From Camelus dromedarius (Eukaryota), in NCBI RefSeq assembly GCF_036321535.1, contig NC_087436.1, positions 19,842,001-19,906,000 on the forward strand: a stretch of DNA of 64,000 nucleotides, given 5' to 3'. A model generated the notes under the pieces. The model was given only the letters and a program-made list of their open reading frames with translations. It had not been told where the DNA came from and ran no database searches. Position numbers and translations under genes: made by a program. Of this stretch, positions 23,417 through 35,155 are shown piece by piece; position 1 is the first letter of the stretch; each line of letters starts with the position of its first letter.

Positions 23417-23900
23417 TTTTTTTAATTGAAGTATTGTTGATTTACAATTTGTGTTAGTTTCCAGTGTACAGCATAGTGATTTGGTTATAGTTTTATATAT
23501 AGATTCTTTTTCATATTCTCTTTCATTATAGGTTATTACAAGCTATAGAACATAGTTCCCTGTGCTGTACAGTAGGACCTTGTGGTTTATCTCTCTTGTA
23601 TATAGTAGTTTGTACCTGCTAATCCCAAACTCCTAATTTATCCATCCCCCTACTTTCCCCTTTGGTAACCGTAAGTTTGTTTTCTATGTTTGTGACTCTG
23701 TTTCTGTTTTGTAAATAAGTTTATTTGTGTCATTTTTTTAAGATTCCACATATAAGTGATATCATATGATATTTGTCTTTCTCTGTCTGACTTAACTTCA
23801 CTTAGTATGACAATCTCGAGGTCTATCCATGTTGCTGCAAATGGCATTATTTCATTCTTTTTTATGGCTGAGCAATGTTCTATTGTGTATATATGCCACA
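23417..23900 (-). mobile_element. Young L1 3' end inserted in an older L1M fragment
   Basis: poly(T)-AATTGAAGTA...CATGTTGCTGCAAATGGCATTATTTC. The ORF track shows the L1 ORF2 C-terminus (IKKNEIMPFAATWIDLE). TSD CCCC(C/T)TGCTTTTT. Confidence 0.9.
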
Positions 23901-24764
23901 AGCCCCTTGCTTTTTCTCTGTAGCTTTACAGTATTTGGTTTTGCTTGTCTTTGAAATTTATAAAAATGCAAATGTAAAAATATAAAAATAAAATAACAAA
24001 TAGCATGCATGCTGCACCTTGGATTTTCATCCAGCTGTTATCTTTGTGAGAGGACTCACGTTGATGCACGTAGCTGTGGTGCATTCATTTTTACTGCTCC
24101 CTAGTGTTGTACTGTAGGAACATATCACAGTGAATGTGTGGTTTGTTTCTACTTTTTGCTGTTAGAACAGTGCTGCTGTGAACAAGCAAGTACACATCAC
24201 TTGGCCTGAGTGAATATTTCTCTAAGACACTGGTTCTCAAATATTTTGATCTCGGGACCTACTAAAAGCTATTGAGGACTCCAGAGAGCTGTTGTATGCA
24301 TGTATCATATCTATCTTTATATAGCATATTAGAGATTAAAATTGAGAAATTAAATACTTTTATTCTTAAAAATAATGGTTATTACCTATTATGTAATAAT
24401 TATAAATGGGATATTTTTATGAAAAATGCCTTTTTCCAAAAAATTTAATGAGAAGGGTAATATGATTTCATACTTTTACAAATCTGTTTAATGCCTGACT
24501 TAGAAGATGGCTAGGTTCTCCTATCTGCTGCTGCATTCTATCAGTTGCAACATGTTGTTTCGGATGGAATAGATGAAGACAATCTGCCTTCACACTGATA
24601 GGTAATAGCCTTTACGGCTATTCTTTGATACTGTGCCAAGGCTCAGAAAGAAGGAGCTTCTTAAAGCTACCTCTTAGCTTAGTTAGTTGTAATGTGGAAT
24701 CTGAAAGCATTTCAATGAACTTTTTGTATTCTGTTACTTTAAAATCTTCTAGTCTGTATTGCAC

Positions 24765-24900
24765 GTTTTTGGGGTGAGGGAGAGGCAATTAGGTTTGTTT
24801 GTTTGCTTGTTTATTTAATAGAGGTAAGAGGGATTGAACCCAGGACCTTGTACATGCTAAGCACACACTCTACCACTGAGCTATGCGCCCCCGCAACCCC
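24765..24900 (-). mobile_element. tRNA-Ala-derived camelid-type SINE
   Basis: GGGATTGAACCCAGGACC...CTCTACCACTGAGCTA. TSD core ATTGCAC at 24758 and 24903. Confidence 0.88.
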
Positions 24901-25030
24901 ACATTGCACTTTGAATGGATCATCCTGTATGTACCATCACACCTGGGTCATTTGGAAGATGTTGGCTCACTGAGTTATGTAGATCTACCACATGTTGATA
25001 CATTTCATTATACAACAGAACAAATTTATT

Positions 25031-25249
25031 TTATTTTATTTTATTTTAATTTATTTCTTTTTTCTTTTTTTTTTTTTTTTTTTACCCAGACTTAATGTAC
25101 GTTTATTCTTTTTTTTTTTTTTTCCCCTGGGTGGGGAGGTAGTTAGGTTCATTAATTTATTTATTTTTAGAGGAGACACTGAGGATTGAACCCAGGACCT
25201 TGTGCTTGCTAGGCATGCACTCTACCAATTGAGCTATATCCTCTCCCCC
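25031..25249 (-). mobile_element. tRNA-Ala-derived camelid-type SINE with compound tail
   Basis: Same head and body. TSD AGAA(C/G)AAATTTATT on both sides. The tail contains an extra unique segment. Confidence 0.88.
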
Positions 25250-25707
25250 AAGAAGAAATTTATTAATGTCAACAAGGATCTATTTGAAAAGTCTGTATTG
25301 GGAAGCTGTCAAGTTCACAGAGCAGGATATACAGGTTTTCCAAAATTTTAAGCCTTGCTTGAAAGCTTGAGTTTTATCTTTGGCTACAAACATGGTCGAT
25401 TTTTCCTTAAAGCATCAACTTTACTTCTTTCTTTCTCCGAGAATGACTCTGCCAAGTACTCAAATTTGAATGACCATAGTCTGTCAGTTATTATTTTAAT
25501 GAAAAGTGATGGTTCATGAAAAAAGTGGCTAGTTCAGCTCCCAGCTCAATCACACATGTCCTTTCCCTTGAGATGGCCATTGTACTGTGGTCATGGCCAA
25601 AGTGCTTTTATGCATACATTTCATTATATATAATAGTTTTTAAAAGTTTATTCAAGGGTCAGTTTTTAATAAAAATAATTTTTAGGGCTGCTTCATCAAA
25701 GATACTC

Positions 25708-25877
25708 TTTTTTTTAGCATTTTTGCCATATTTTATTAATTTATTTATTGTTTCATTGAAGTATAGTCGATTTACAGTGCTGTATTTGTTCCTGGTGTAC
25801 AGCATAGTGATTCAGTTGTACATATATATATTCCTTCTCATATTCTTTTTCATTAAAGGCTATTACAAGGTATTGAA
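25708..25877 (-). mobile_element. Short young L1 3' end inside Charlie1a
   Basis: ATTGAAGTATAGTCGATTTACAG...TATTACAAGGTATTGAAT. Duplicated host sequence ATCAAAGATACTCTT / ATCAGACATTCTT. Confidence 0.8.
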
Positions 25878-26699
25878 TCAGACATTCTTAAGTGAAACTG
25901 GCAGGGTTGCTGTGTGTGTGTGTGTGTGTGCGCACGCGCGTGCGTTTTTACTGTGAGTGTGTGGTGGTAAAGTACGAGGATTACTGGTATGGTTTGGTGC
26001 CACTGCCTTAATTCAAGCTAAGGGGCCAGTATTTTACCCGGCATTGCTTTGGTGTCATCAGTGCAAATGTCAACAGAGTGAAAAAGGTAAATAACACCTG
26101 GGTATTCTTATGAAAGCAGCTTTAATCCTGAGGGTCTCTGAGAGGGTCTCAGAGACCCCTGCAGCTTCACAGACCACGCTTTGAGAAGCGCCTCTCAGGT
26201 GTAGGAATGGAAATCCCAGGTCTTGGTGTTTGTGCTTCCTCAGCTTTACTTGATTATGTTACGAGGCAACCCTTTGTGACTATTTGCACTGAAGAACCCC
26301 AAAGGCAGGGAACCCCTATCGCACAAGGGTTCTCAGCCTCTATGAGATTTCTTCTAATTATCTTCGAAGTCTTCTATTCTTCCTGCAGATTTGGATATAA
26401 TACACCTGTTTGTTTTAAAATAAAAGTCATGTTTTAAGTGAACTTAGCAATCCAGTTATTCTTCTTCCCCATAGATACGTACGTAACAACATTGATCTAT
26501 GAAGATGCACCTTGTTAATCCTGATAACCCCTTTAGAGAAGGTGAACTCCAGTGGGTACCACGGATCTAGTATGATCTTCCATGGAGAGTGCCTAGTTGA
26601 GTGTGCAGATTCCTGAGGTTTTCAGGCCCGGGGAGGTAGGAAGGCTTCTGGTCTTCTCGTGTTCCCTTTCTGGGCTACTGTCCATGAACCCACCCAGCC

Positions 26700-27490
26700 A
26701 TGACAGCTACCTGGGTGTAATCCTGCCTGCCGCCCTCTTCTCTTCCTCCCACGGCAAACTGACCACCAAGTCTGTTGATTCTACTTCCAAATTATCTCTC
26801 GAATTCCTCATGCCCACCCCCTGCCAATGCTTCAGTTGATTCTGCTTTCTCTCATAAGAATTGACTTTTTTTTTTTTGGCCCCAGTCTCACCTCGTCTTT
26901 CCCCCTATGTAATCCAGTCGTCACACTGCCACCACTGGAGACTTTCTCATACACTCATGGAATCCAGATAATCCTTATGTAGGATCTTTTAGGCATTCTC
27001 TGGAAGGAGAAAGTTTGCTCTTCTTAGCAAAGTATAGAATATGCTTCATCATCTGAGCCCCCTTTCTTCTGCCCTCCTATGTATCCCTTATTTTAATCAT
27101 ACTGAGTGATCTGCTTTGCAGACCACCATACTTATATTTCCATGCCTTAGTGTATTCTTTTCCCTATGGGAAGTCTTCAACTCATCTGATTTGCCTGATA
27201 ACCTTCTTCTTATCCTTCAACACTCAGTTCTGAGGAGTCTTTCCTGCACCTTGTCCTCTGCTACCATTGTCTTACCTACTGGGCAGAATCAGGCATCCCT
27301 TCCCCTGGTTCCCATGGGTCTTTCATAATACCAGTCCTGCTACATTGTAACTGCTTATTCATCTCTGTCCTTGTTGACTGTGAGCTTTCTATGGGCATGG
27401 ACTATTCCTTACTCATTTTTGTACACTCTTGCATGTAACAATATTCGGTACATAGTACGTGGTCAGTAAATATTGTTGAATAAATGAATG
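26700..27490 (+). mobile_element. L2 LINE 3' region
   Basis: Ends GACTGTGAGCTT...GGTACATAGTACGTGGTCAGTAAATATTGTTGAATAAATGAATG. Confidence 0.75.
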
Positions 27491-27660
27491 AAAGAGATTA
27501 AGAACAGGTCACAGAATCAAAGATGGGAGGTGTTCTATAAACATTGTTGAAGAATGAATGAAATTAAGCATGGGTCACGGAATCAAAGACACAGGAAGTA
27601 GTCCATAAGCATCGTTGAATCAGTGAATGAAGAAGCTAAGAATAGGGCGCAGAATCAAAG
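27467..27660. repeat. Diverged tandem triplication, unit about 68-71 bp
   Basis: Units start at 27467, 27538 and 27606, each TAAnnATnGTTGAA...TGAATGAA...TAAG...GAATCAAAG. Confidence 0.85.
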
Positions 27661-29571
27661 GACTTTAGAGGTAGAAAGGACTTGGGGGAACATCTCTTGC
27701 TGTCTTCTTATCTCAGAAATGAGCAATTGCTTTGCTTGAATTGTTGAACTAGGCTGGGTGGAGGTGATGAACTGGGCCACGGACACTCCCATAGATGTGG
27801 CTTAGAGATGACTGCAGAAGGTCACATGCTTCCGGAGGAGACTTGCTGAGAAGAGCAGAGGCCACGGCCGGCACCACAGGGGGATACCACAGTCTGAATG
27901 CAAGGGCGCACTTTTGTGGTTGGACATCCGTGGCACATTCCAGACTGTAGAGTCTCCCCTCTGTGACTGGCTGCCGCTCTCTCCCTCTCTGTCCTCAAAC
28001 TGTGCCAAGACTGTAAGATTTTCCTGATGACTGGGCATATTCTACATCTGGATTCCATGCTCATAACAACCAGAAGTTTCCTGTGTTCTTTGGTTGAGGT
28101 GATTATGATATAGAGCTGGGTAGCAACATCAACAAATTTGAGGTAAGCTCTGCTGTTTTAAATACAGTGTTCTCCCAGCTGAGATTTCTAGGTGCCCGGG
28201 AGGGAGGGAAACGGGGAAACTATTCACTGCGTGCTAACTCCGTGCCATGTGCTCTACTTACATGGTTCTAATTTACCTTGACGAGAGCCCTGTGAAATTG
28301 CAGGTATCAGTATTCTGTCTATAAATGAGACAATCACCTGTCGATGGCAGGAGGGTCTAGGAGGCAGCCGAGGGGGATTTGAGTGGGATTGTCTGGTGAC
28401 AAGGCTTGTGCCCTTTTGGTTTTGCTATGCTGCTTGATGTTCTAGAATTTTTTGTTTTTTAATAACTAGGCAGAACCTATTGTGGCCTCACTTTATCCAT
28501 TTGGTAAATTCTTGAAGTGGCACATATGTCATGTACTTAAAAAGAAGAGAATCTGTAGTTTCTTAGTTTAGTGTTGTCTGTGCTCTGCTGTTTACACAAG
28601 CTTTGCCATCTCTGCAGGACCATGGGGTGTGGGAGAGGAAGCACGTGTTATCACCCTGCTTTATAGACTAGGGATCTGAGTCATGAGGGCAGAGGGCCTC
28701 ACATCTGTCTGTTTCATCTCTGTGGTCCTAACACCCAGTCTGTGCTCTTGGTACTTGGTAGGCTCTCCAGTTTTTGTTAAACAAACATCAGGAGTTACAT
28801 CCCTGGTAAGCTCCAAATTCAGACTGGAACCAGGTTTCTGAGTCAGAGCTCTGAGCTCTGTCCACTGCTAAAACACCCTGCTTTTCCCAGAGCCCTAAGC
28901 AGAGAGATGCAGGAATGAACTCTCATTCGCCTGCATGGGATTTGGGAACCCTCTGATATGGCGAGCTGGTAGATTTCCACACATCTGAATAAGCACAGGT
29001 GGCCCCCTTGGAATAAGATCTCTTTCTTGTTTTTGTTTCTCGCCCTTCAGATACATCAGTATAGGATTTTAAATCCTTTCCTGTCTACCTGACACTTCGC
29101 AATAAAATGATTGGAAAAGGATTGGCTATCCAATAATGGATTCATGGAGGAAGAGCACCGTGAACATCCCTTAGATCATCTAATACAGTGTTTTTAAAAC
29201 TAAAGAGGGAAAAAAAATTTCACGGAATGCTTTTTCTTTAAGGAGAGCTCCAGCGTATAGAAAGGATCAGAGCCAGGCTGCAGGTCAAGTGTGTGCTGGG
29301 GTGGGAGGTAGCTTTGGGTCCACACGACCACACCTTTCCCTGGGGCCCTAGGGGACTTTAGAGGGTGTGTATAAATTTATAAGCTGCTGATCTATCCTAA
29401 CCCTTCATTTTACAGATGAAGAAACCAAAGCGCAGAGGCACATAGTGACTCACACAAGTGGCTGGATTAAGACGATGGTGATGAAACTTGTTGCCATCTG
29501 TCTGAGTTTCCAATACTGTTTTCAGCACCATTCTGTTTTTATTGTAAAGAAAAGTAACCTCTTCTTTCGAG

Positions 29572-29765
29572 CAAGGGTCAGCAAACTCTGGCCTGTTTTT
29601 GTGCAGCCCCTTAAGCTAAGAATGGTTTTCACATTTTTAAAGGGTTGTTTAAAAAAGCAACAGCAACAACAGAAAACAAAGAATATGGGACAGAGACCGT
29701 CTGTGCACCACAAAGCCTAAAATATTTACTGTCTGGCCGTTCACAGAATAAGACTGCCGACCGTG
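29572..29765. mobile_element. MER58-like hAT-Charlie MITE
   Basis: CAAGGGTCAGCAAACT...GCTAAGAATGGTTTTCACATTTTTAAAGGGTTG...AAAGCCTAAAATATTTACTGTCTGGCC. Confidence 0.8.
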
Positions 29766-31831
29766 CTTTACAGGATTCGCTGCCGTTGACGTTAGCGTGG
29801 AAATACCAAAAGGATCTGGCTTTCTCTAAGTCACTTCAAAACATGTAGATTGAAAACAAAGCCTGAGCAGTTGAGAATATTTATATCAAAAAGCTTTTCA
29901 AAGGAAAGCTTTAAATTGCCCTGTACTTTTCCAGCCTCCTTTTTCAAATACCAGTTTTTGGTGGAAGATAAGCTAGTTTACTCAGTTCTTACAATAGTGG
30001 GAGAATATTGCAGCTTGTGAGCTGCAGACAGTTCTGAGTTCTATACGATGAAAGGGAAGTGGTGTGCTTATTCAAATACAGAATTTTATAGATCCCCAAT
30101 TTATTTGACTCCTCCCGCCCAGAAGGTTAAGAACAAGAGGAACTGACATAGGAACAGTGTAAGAAGTTACTCTCGAATAATGTAAGAGGTCACTCCCAGG
30201 AAATGGCCGTGGTCTCTTTGGGGCCACCTATATGCATGTCAGAGGGATTTTTTTATTGTTGAGCATTTACTTTGGGGTTGACCCTTCATCTGAATTAGCA
30301 GTAGACATAGTCCCTGACCTCATCCTTGCCATGTGATGCATTTCCAGAAGCAATGAGCTTTGTTGGGAAGTGGAATGAGTGTTGTCTCCTCTGGAGTGTT
30401 GCTCATGGTGACAGACGACTAGAAAACAGTGCCAGGTTTCTTTCAAGTGAAAGATTTAGCAAAGTTTTCTTGGTGAAACTGCAAGGGGCATGCCTCCACA
30501 AAGTCCAGGAAGAAAGGAAATCACCCCTGAAATTCTTCGAAGAGAATTAAGTGGACAAAACCAGTGGACTCTGAGTTGTTAAGGGGCTGTTAATTTAGCT
30601 AAAGGGTATCCTGGCCCTTGGGATTGCCCAAGTTTGTTGGTTGCATATGGGTTTTGTTGTTTTCACTGTCCTCTGGCCTTCTGTCATTGACTTCGTGTGT
30701 GTGTGCCAGAAGGTAGGCAGGGAAAAGAGAGGGAGATAACAAATAAGAGTACATTTGACTGCTTGATAGCAGCCCTGGCACAAAGCCTGGGCAGAGTAAA
30801 GGTTAAAACGGTTGGCCTAAATCAGTGTTTAAAGTTGACTTTGAGTTAGGGTTGTCCTTGTAATCAGTGTCCTGTGGTGTCATGGATTCTCATGCATAAC
30901 CCAAAGAAATATGCTCACACAATTCCAGAGCACCAACATCCTTTTGTGAGTGTGTGTATGTGTAGGGGAGGAGGTGGTGGGAGCTGCAGAGAAAGCAGCT
31001 TTTGTTTTACATGTATTTAATCACTAAATAAAAAGCAATTTCATCTCCTCTCCTTTGCTAAATCTCTTATCCCCCAAGGCTCTTTTCCTTCTGGATAGAC
31101 AAATATTTTTAGTAAATAAGGGACTTACTGTGTGAACTTTTCTATTGGCAGGCAGAATGAGAATGATTATGACCGTGGTATGTTTCATTCCAAGGTGTGT
31201 GATGTCAACACTTGGTAAATGTGCCCACAAAGAAATGTATCATTTTATGTATAAGCTAAGATTTTACTAAGTAGCCATTTATCTCTCTACCGAGTGCAGT
31301 TCTTAGGCTACAGAGTGCGTTATTATGTCGTTATGGCTTTTTGTTGGTGTTGTTAAGTTCTTTTTTTGATCTATTAAGAATTTCCTGGTGATTCCAGTAG
31401 TTTGGTAATTTATCGTTCATCTTAGAACAGGTATTGGTAATGTTGGGATGAAAACATTTATACAAGAGGAAATAAAAGTCAAGGAAGCAGATAATCGACC
31501 AATTTATCAGCCTTAGCGGACAATTTTTCTGATAACGCCATGGTAGCCATGGTAAATTTACTTCTGATTGCTTGAGGGGACAGATTCTATATGCTTTTTG
31601 TAACTCGGAGGTGCATGCGAGAGTGACACAGCAAGGAATCAATCCGTGGACTAGGCAGGACTATTTTGGTTTCCAGGGTGGCCTTTTGGCCAGTAGATTC
31701 ATGTTATATTTTCAACTATCCCTTTCTTATTAATTTGCCACAACATGTGTGGTGATGAGTATGTTTTTTTGGTTTGGAGATTTCTAAGTTGCTTTAGTAA
31801 TAGAAGACTTCTTGTGCGTAATGTCTTTTTC

Positions 31832-32169
31832 CCTGTTTTTTTTTTTTTTTAATTTTGATACGTTAATGTTTTTTTAAATTTATTAAAAATGTTTTTTAAT
31901 TGAAGCATAGTCAGTTTACAATGTTGTGTCAATTTCTGGAGTACAGCATAATGTTTCAGTCATACATATACATACATATATTCCTTTTCATATTCTTTTT
32001 CATTATAGGTTACTGCAAGTACTGAAAATAGTTCCATATGTTATACAGAAGAAACTTGTTTATTTTATATGCGGTAGTTAGTATTTGCAAATCTCAAACT
32101 CCCAATTTATCCCTTCCCGCCCCCTTTCCCTCTGGTAACCTTAAGTTTGTTTTCTATGTCTATGAGTCT
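31832..32169 (-). mobile_element. Young L1 3' end with extra 3' sequence
   Basis: 14-bp TSD GTAATGTC(T/G)TTTTC at 31818 and 32170. L1 body runs from about 31892. Confidence 0.9.
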
Positions 32170-32419
32170 GTAATGTCGTTTTCAAAATATTTCATTTGAA
32201 AGAAATTTGGCTAAAGTTTAGAGAGAGGTGAACGTAATCTTTTTGTCTGTTTATAATCTCTGCAGCCTCCGAGGCATTCACATTGAGTGGCAAGGTGGTT
32301 GGTTTTGTGCAGTTAAAACCCAGCTCATACAAAAACTAGCATACCAACGAAGGCTATGGTTTGGAATCCAGAGGTGAACAGACCCAGAAAAAAGTCCCAG
32401 GCCTCCATTCAAACTTAAT

Positions 32420-32953
32420 TGTATTCATTTTCTGGAGCTGCCATTACAAAGTACCACAAATTGGATGGCTTCAGTGACTGGAAAATTTTTTTTAATAATT
32501 ATTTTTAACCAATAAGATCATGTAACAATTATAGACAATAATTTAATACAGACAAAGCAAATAGATATTGTACTCCTTTGATTCAAAAGACAGTCAAATG
32601 GCAGAAATGTGTTATCTCACTGTTCCAGAGGTCAAAAGTCTAAGGTCAAGTCGTCAGCAGGGCCACATCCTTCTGAAGATGCGAGGGAAGGATCTGTCTC
32701 CCAGCTTCTGGACTTCCTTGGCTTGTGGCAGCATGACCAGTCTTCACAGGGCCTTGGTTCTGTGCTTGTCTGTCTCTGTGTGCAAACTTCCTCTTTTTAT
32801 AAGAACATCAGTCATACTGGATGAGGGTCCACCCTAGTGACCTCATCTCAACTTGACCACCTACAGAGATCCTATTTCCAAAATCAGTCGCATTCACTGG
32901 TACTGGGGGTTGGACTTCAGTGTCTTTGAGGGGATATGATTCAACTTACAACA
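32420..32953 (-). mobile_element. MaLR LTR, MLT1C-like, with a ~110-bp insert
   Basis: TG...CA ends, GCTGCCATTACAAAGTACCACAAA, TTTATAAGAACATCAGTCATACTGGA, CCTATTTCCAAA. Confidence 0.8.
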
Positions 32954-33379
32954 CTAGGTTTTCACCCTTAGTTTGCACGCAGTTTTAATAAGCCTGATGA
33001 CTGTAATCTCAGCCACGGCAGACAAGAAGCCACAAATTTAGGAGACGGGTCTCTACGTAGGGCATTATAGAGAACAAAGGAATTCAGAAGGACTATTAAA
33101 GTAGGAAGCGTGTCTTAGAACACCATTGCTTGGGGCCACTTAATATGAGGGTGGGCTGCTGAAGAAGTCCCTGTGACTGCTGAGACACACCTCAGAACAT
33201 AATAATCACGTTACAACATAATAATCATGTTTCACACATCATGTCTGAGTGTGTGTGCTGTTGAAAATCCCATCAGAATAACATTTAAAAATGTTGACTA
33301 CGTGAAGGTACTTTGGGACTTTTTGATTACCTGAAAAATGAGTTTTTTTTCAAGCTACTCGTGTTCCATCAGGTGTTCC

Positions 33380-33565
33380 CAAAGGCTTGGGTTTGAACCT
33401 CGCTCTGTCACTAAGTGTGTGTATTGAGTGAGCCTTTTGGGACCTTGGTTTCCTGGTCTGTAAAGTGAAGCGGGTTCAGTCTACCATGTAGTATTTGTGT
33501 AAGGCTCAAATGTACCGATGAATATTAAAACACCTACCATAGTGCCAGGGATACTTTCAGGGCTG
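33380..33565 (+). mobile_element. MIR SINE
   Basis: GGGTTTGAACCTCGCTCTGTCACT...CCTTGGTTTCCTGGTCTGTAAAGTG. Confidence 0.65.
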
Positions 33566-34459
33566 TAGGCAGGGTTGTCCATTCATTCAACAAGCGTTTA
33601 CTGGGAGCCCACCATGTTCTAGGCCTCGTTCTAGGATTTATTCCTTCACTTGATGACTAAGTACTGGCCTTTGGGTTGGGACATCTGAGCTCAAGTCCTG
33701 TCTGTTCTGTGAATCTATGTAGGACCTTGGACAAATCACCAGCCCTCTCTAGGCCTCTGCCTAAATGACTTGACATATGACCTACATCTCCTAGGCTTTT
33801 CTGTCTCCAAGATAATGCCTATAACAACATTCAAACTCAACAAATACAGGTGTAGTTCTTGTCCTGCAGGCCCGCTGTGTCATCCTGGCAAGTCCCCTTC
33901 TGGGGTTTCACTTTCCTCTCTGAGGTGGGGGTCACAGGACGAGTGCTGTCTGTTTTCTGGGAGTTACCGCAGTAACAATGACAGCCACCCTGCTGTTGAG
34001 CTCTTGACGCTGTTCTGAATACTTCTCATACTTCCTTGCTTCTCCAAATAGGGTACATGTCTCTCCAGAGCAGGTGGGTGTCCAGAGAGACCTGGTGCCC
34101 CTTCCAGGAGAATCAATGTCCCTGGCTGGTTTGTGAGAAACACTCCCACGTTATTAAGGACAAGCACAGCCCCAGTACAGAGTGGAGCACAGAATTCCCT
34201 TGAAATGTTAAGCTACAACTCCAAGAAATTCGGGGCTTCCTGGAGGGGCTTCGGCTTCAGGACCCCTGTTTCCGTAGGGTGCTGATGTCTTTTCTTGGTC
34301 CCCGAGGAGGCTCTGGTGGAAAAGTTTGCCAAACAGGCTCTTCCATATCCCGTGTTTGAGTCACATGAGGAAAACAGAACTGTCACTTCTAATTTTGAAA
34401 ACGGTTCTCGTTTCTAGTACTGACAAGGGCTACCTTTCGGTAGCCCATTCTTCTTTCTC

Positions 34460-35155
34460 GTTCATGCATGTGACAAATACGTGAGCACCTGCTCGGTGCT
34501 GGGTACCATTCTAAATGCCGAAGATACAGCAGCAAGTGAAACAGAGTCCTCTCTCTCTCATGGAGCTTCTATTCTAATAAACAGTAATGTCTGGGAGGAG
34601 ACCTGAGGAGGTAAGGGAGTCATCTATGTGGCTATTTAGGGGGTGGGGGAGATTTCAGGCAAAAGGAACAGCAAGTGCAAAGGCTCTGAGGCAGGAGCCT
34701 ACCTTATTAGCAAGGCAGAGCAATAGGAGATGAGATCAGAGGGATACAGATTATGTAGGCTCTTGAGGTCAAGGTAAAGGTTTTGGATTTATACCAAGAA
34801 ACATGAGCAGCCATTGTGGAGGCTTTGGGGATGGGAGTAGTGGAATTGGACATAATTTTTTTAAAAGCTTATTCTGGCTACTGGCTGAGTAGTGGGGCAA
34901 GAATTGGAAGTAAGGCGACCAGTTGGAAGGCTATTGCCATAGTCCAGGCAAGGCATGCAGTGCTGTATACGAGGGTGGTGGTGGTAGAAATGGTGAAAAG
35001 TGGTAAGATTTGGGATGTATGTTGAAGCCAGAACCAAAAGAATCCACAGATGAATTAGATGAGGAGTGTGGAGGGCTGCGGGTTTTGGTCTAAGCAGTTG
35101 TGGGGATGGAGGAGTTGCCATTCATGTTGAGATGGGCAGCGTAATGGAGAAGCTT
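34460..35155 (-). mobile_element. L2 LINE fragment
   Basis: GAGCACCTGCTCGGTGCTGGGTACCATTCTA...GGAACAGCAAGTGCAAAGGCTCTGAGGCAGGA...GAAGGCTATTGCCATAGTCCAGGCAAG. Confidence 0.8.

Larger units (their letters stand above)
24228..26192 (-). mobile_element. Charlie1a-like DNA transposon hosting two SINEs and an L1 fragment
   Basis: TIRs CACTGGTTCTCAAA / TTTGAGAAGCGC, degenerate 8-bp TSD CTCTAAGA / CTCTCAGG, collinear with 5427-6849. Confidence 0.85.
23235..26250 (-). mobile_element. Old L1M 3'UTR fragment, split by later insertions
   Basis: CAGTGCTGCTGTGAACA...TTTCTCTAAGA before Charlie1a continues as TAGGAATGGAAATCCCAGGTC after it. Confidence 0.6.

Noticed and set aside
27467..27660. CRISPR-like repeat-spacer array
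   Set aside because: Eukaryotic intron, degenerate homologous units derived from an L2 tail, and no cas genes.
33196..33236. Short local tandem duplications (also about 5680-5730 and 30160-30200)
   Set aside because: Ordinary replication-slippage duplications with no sign of function.
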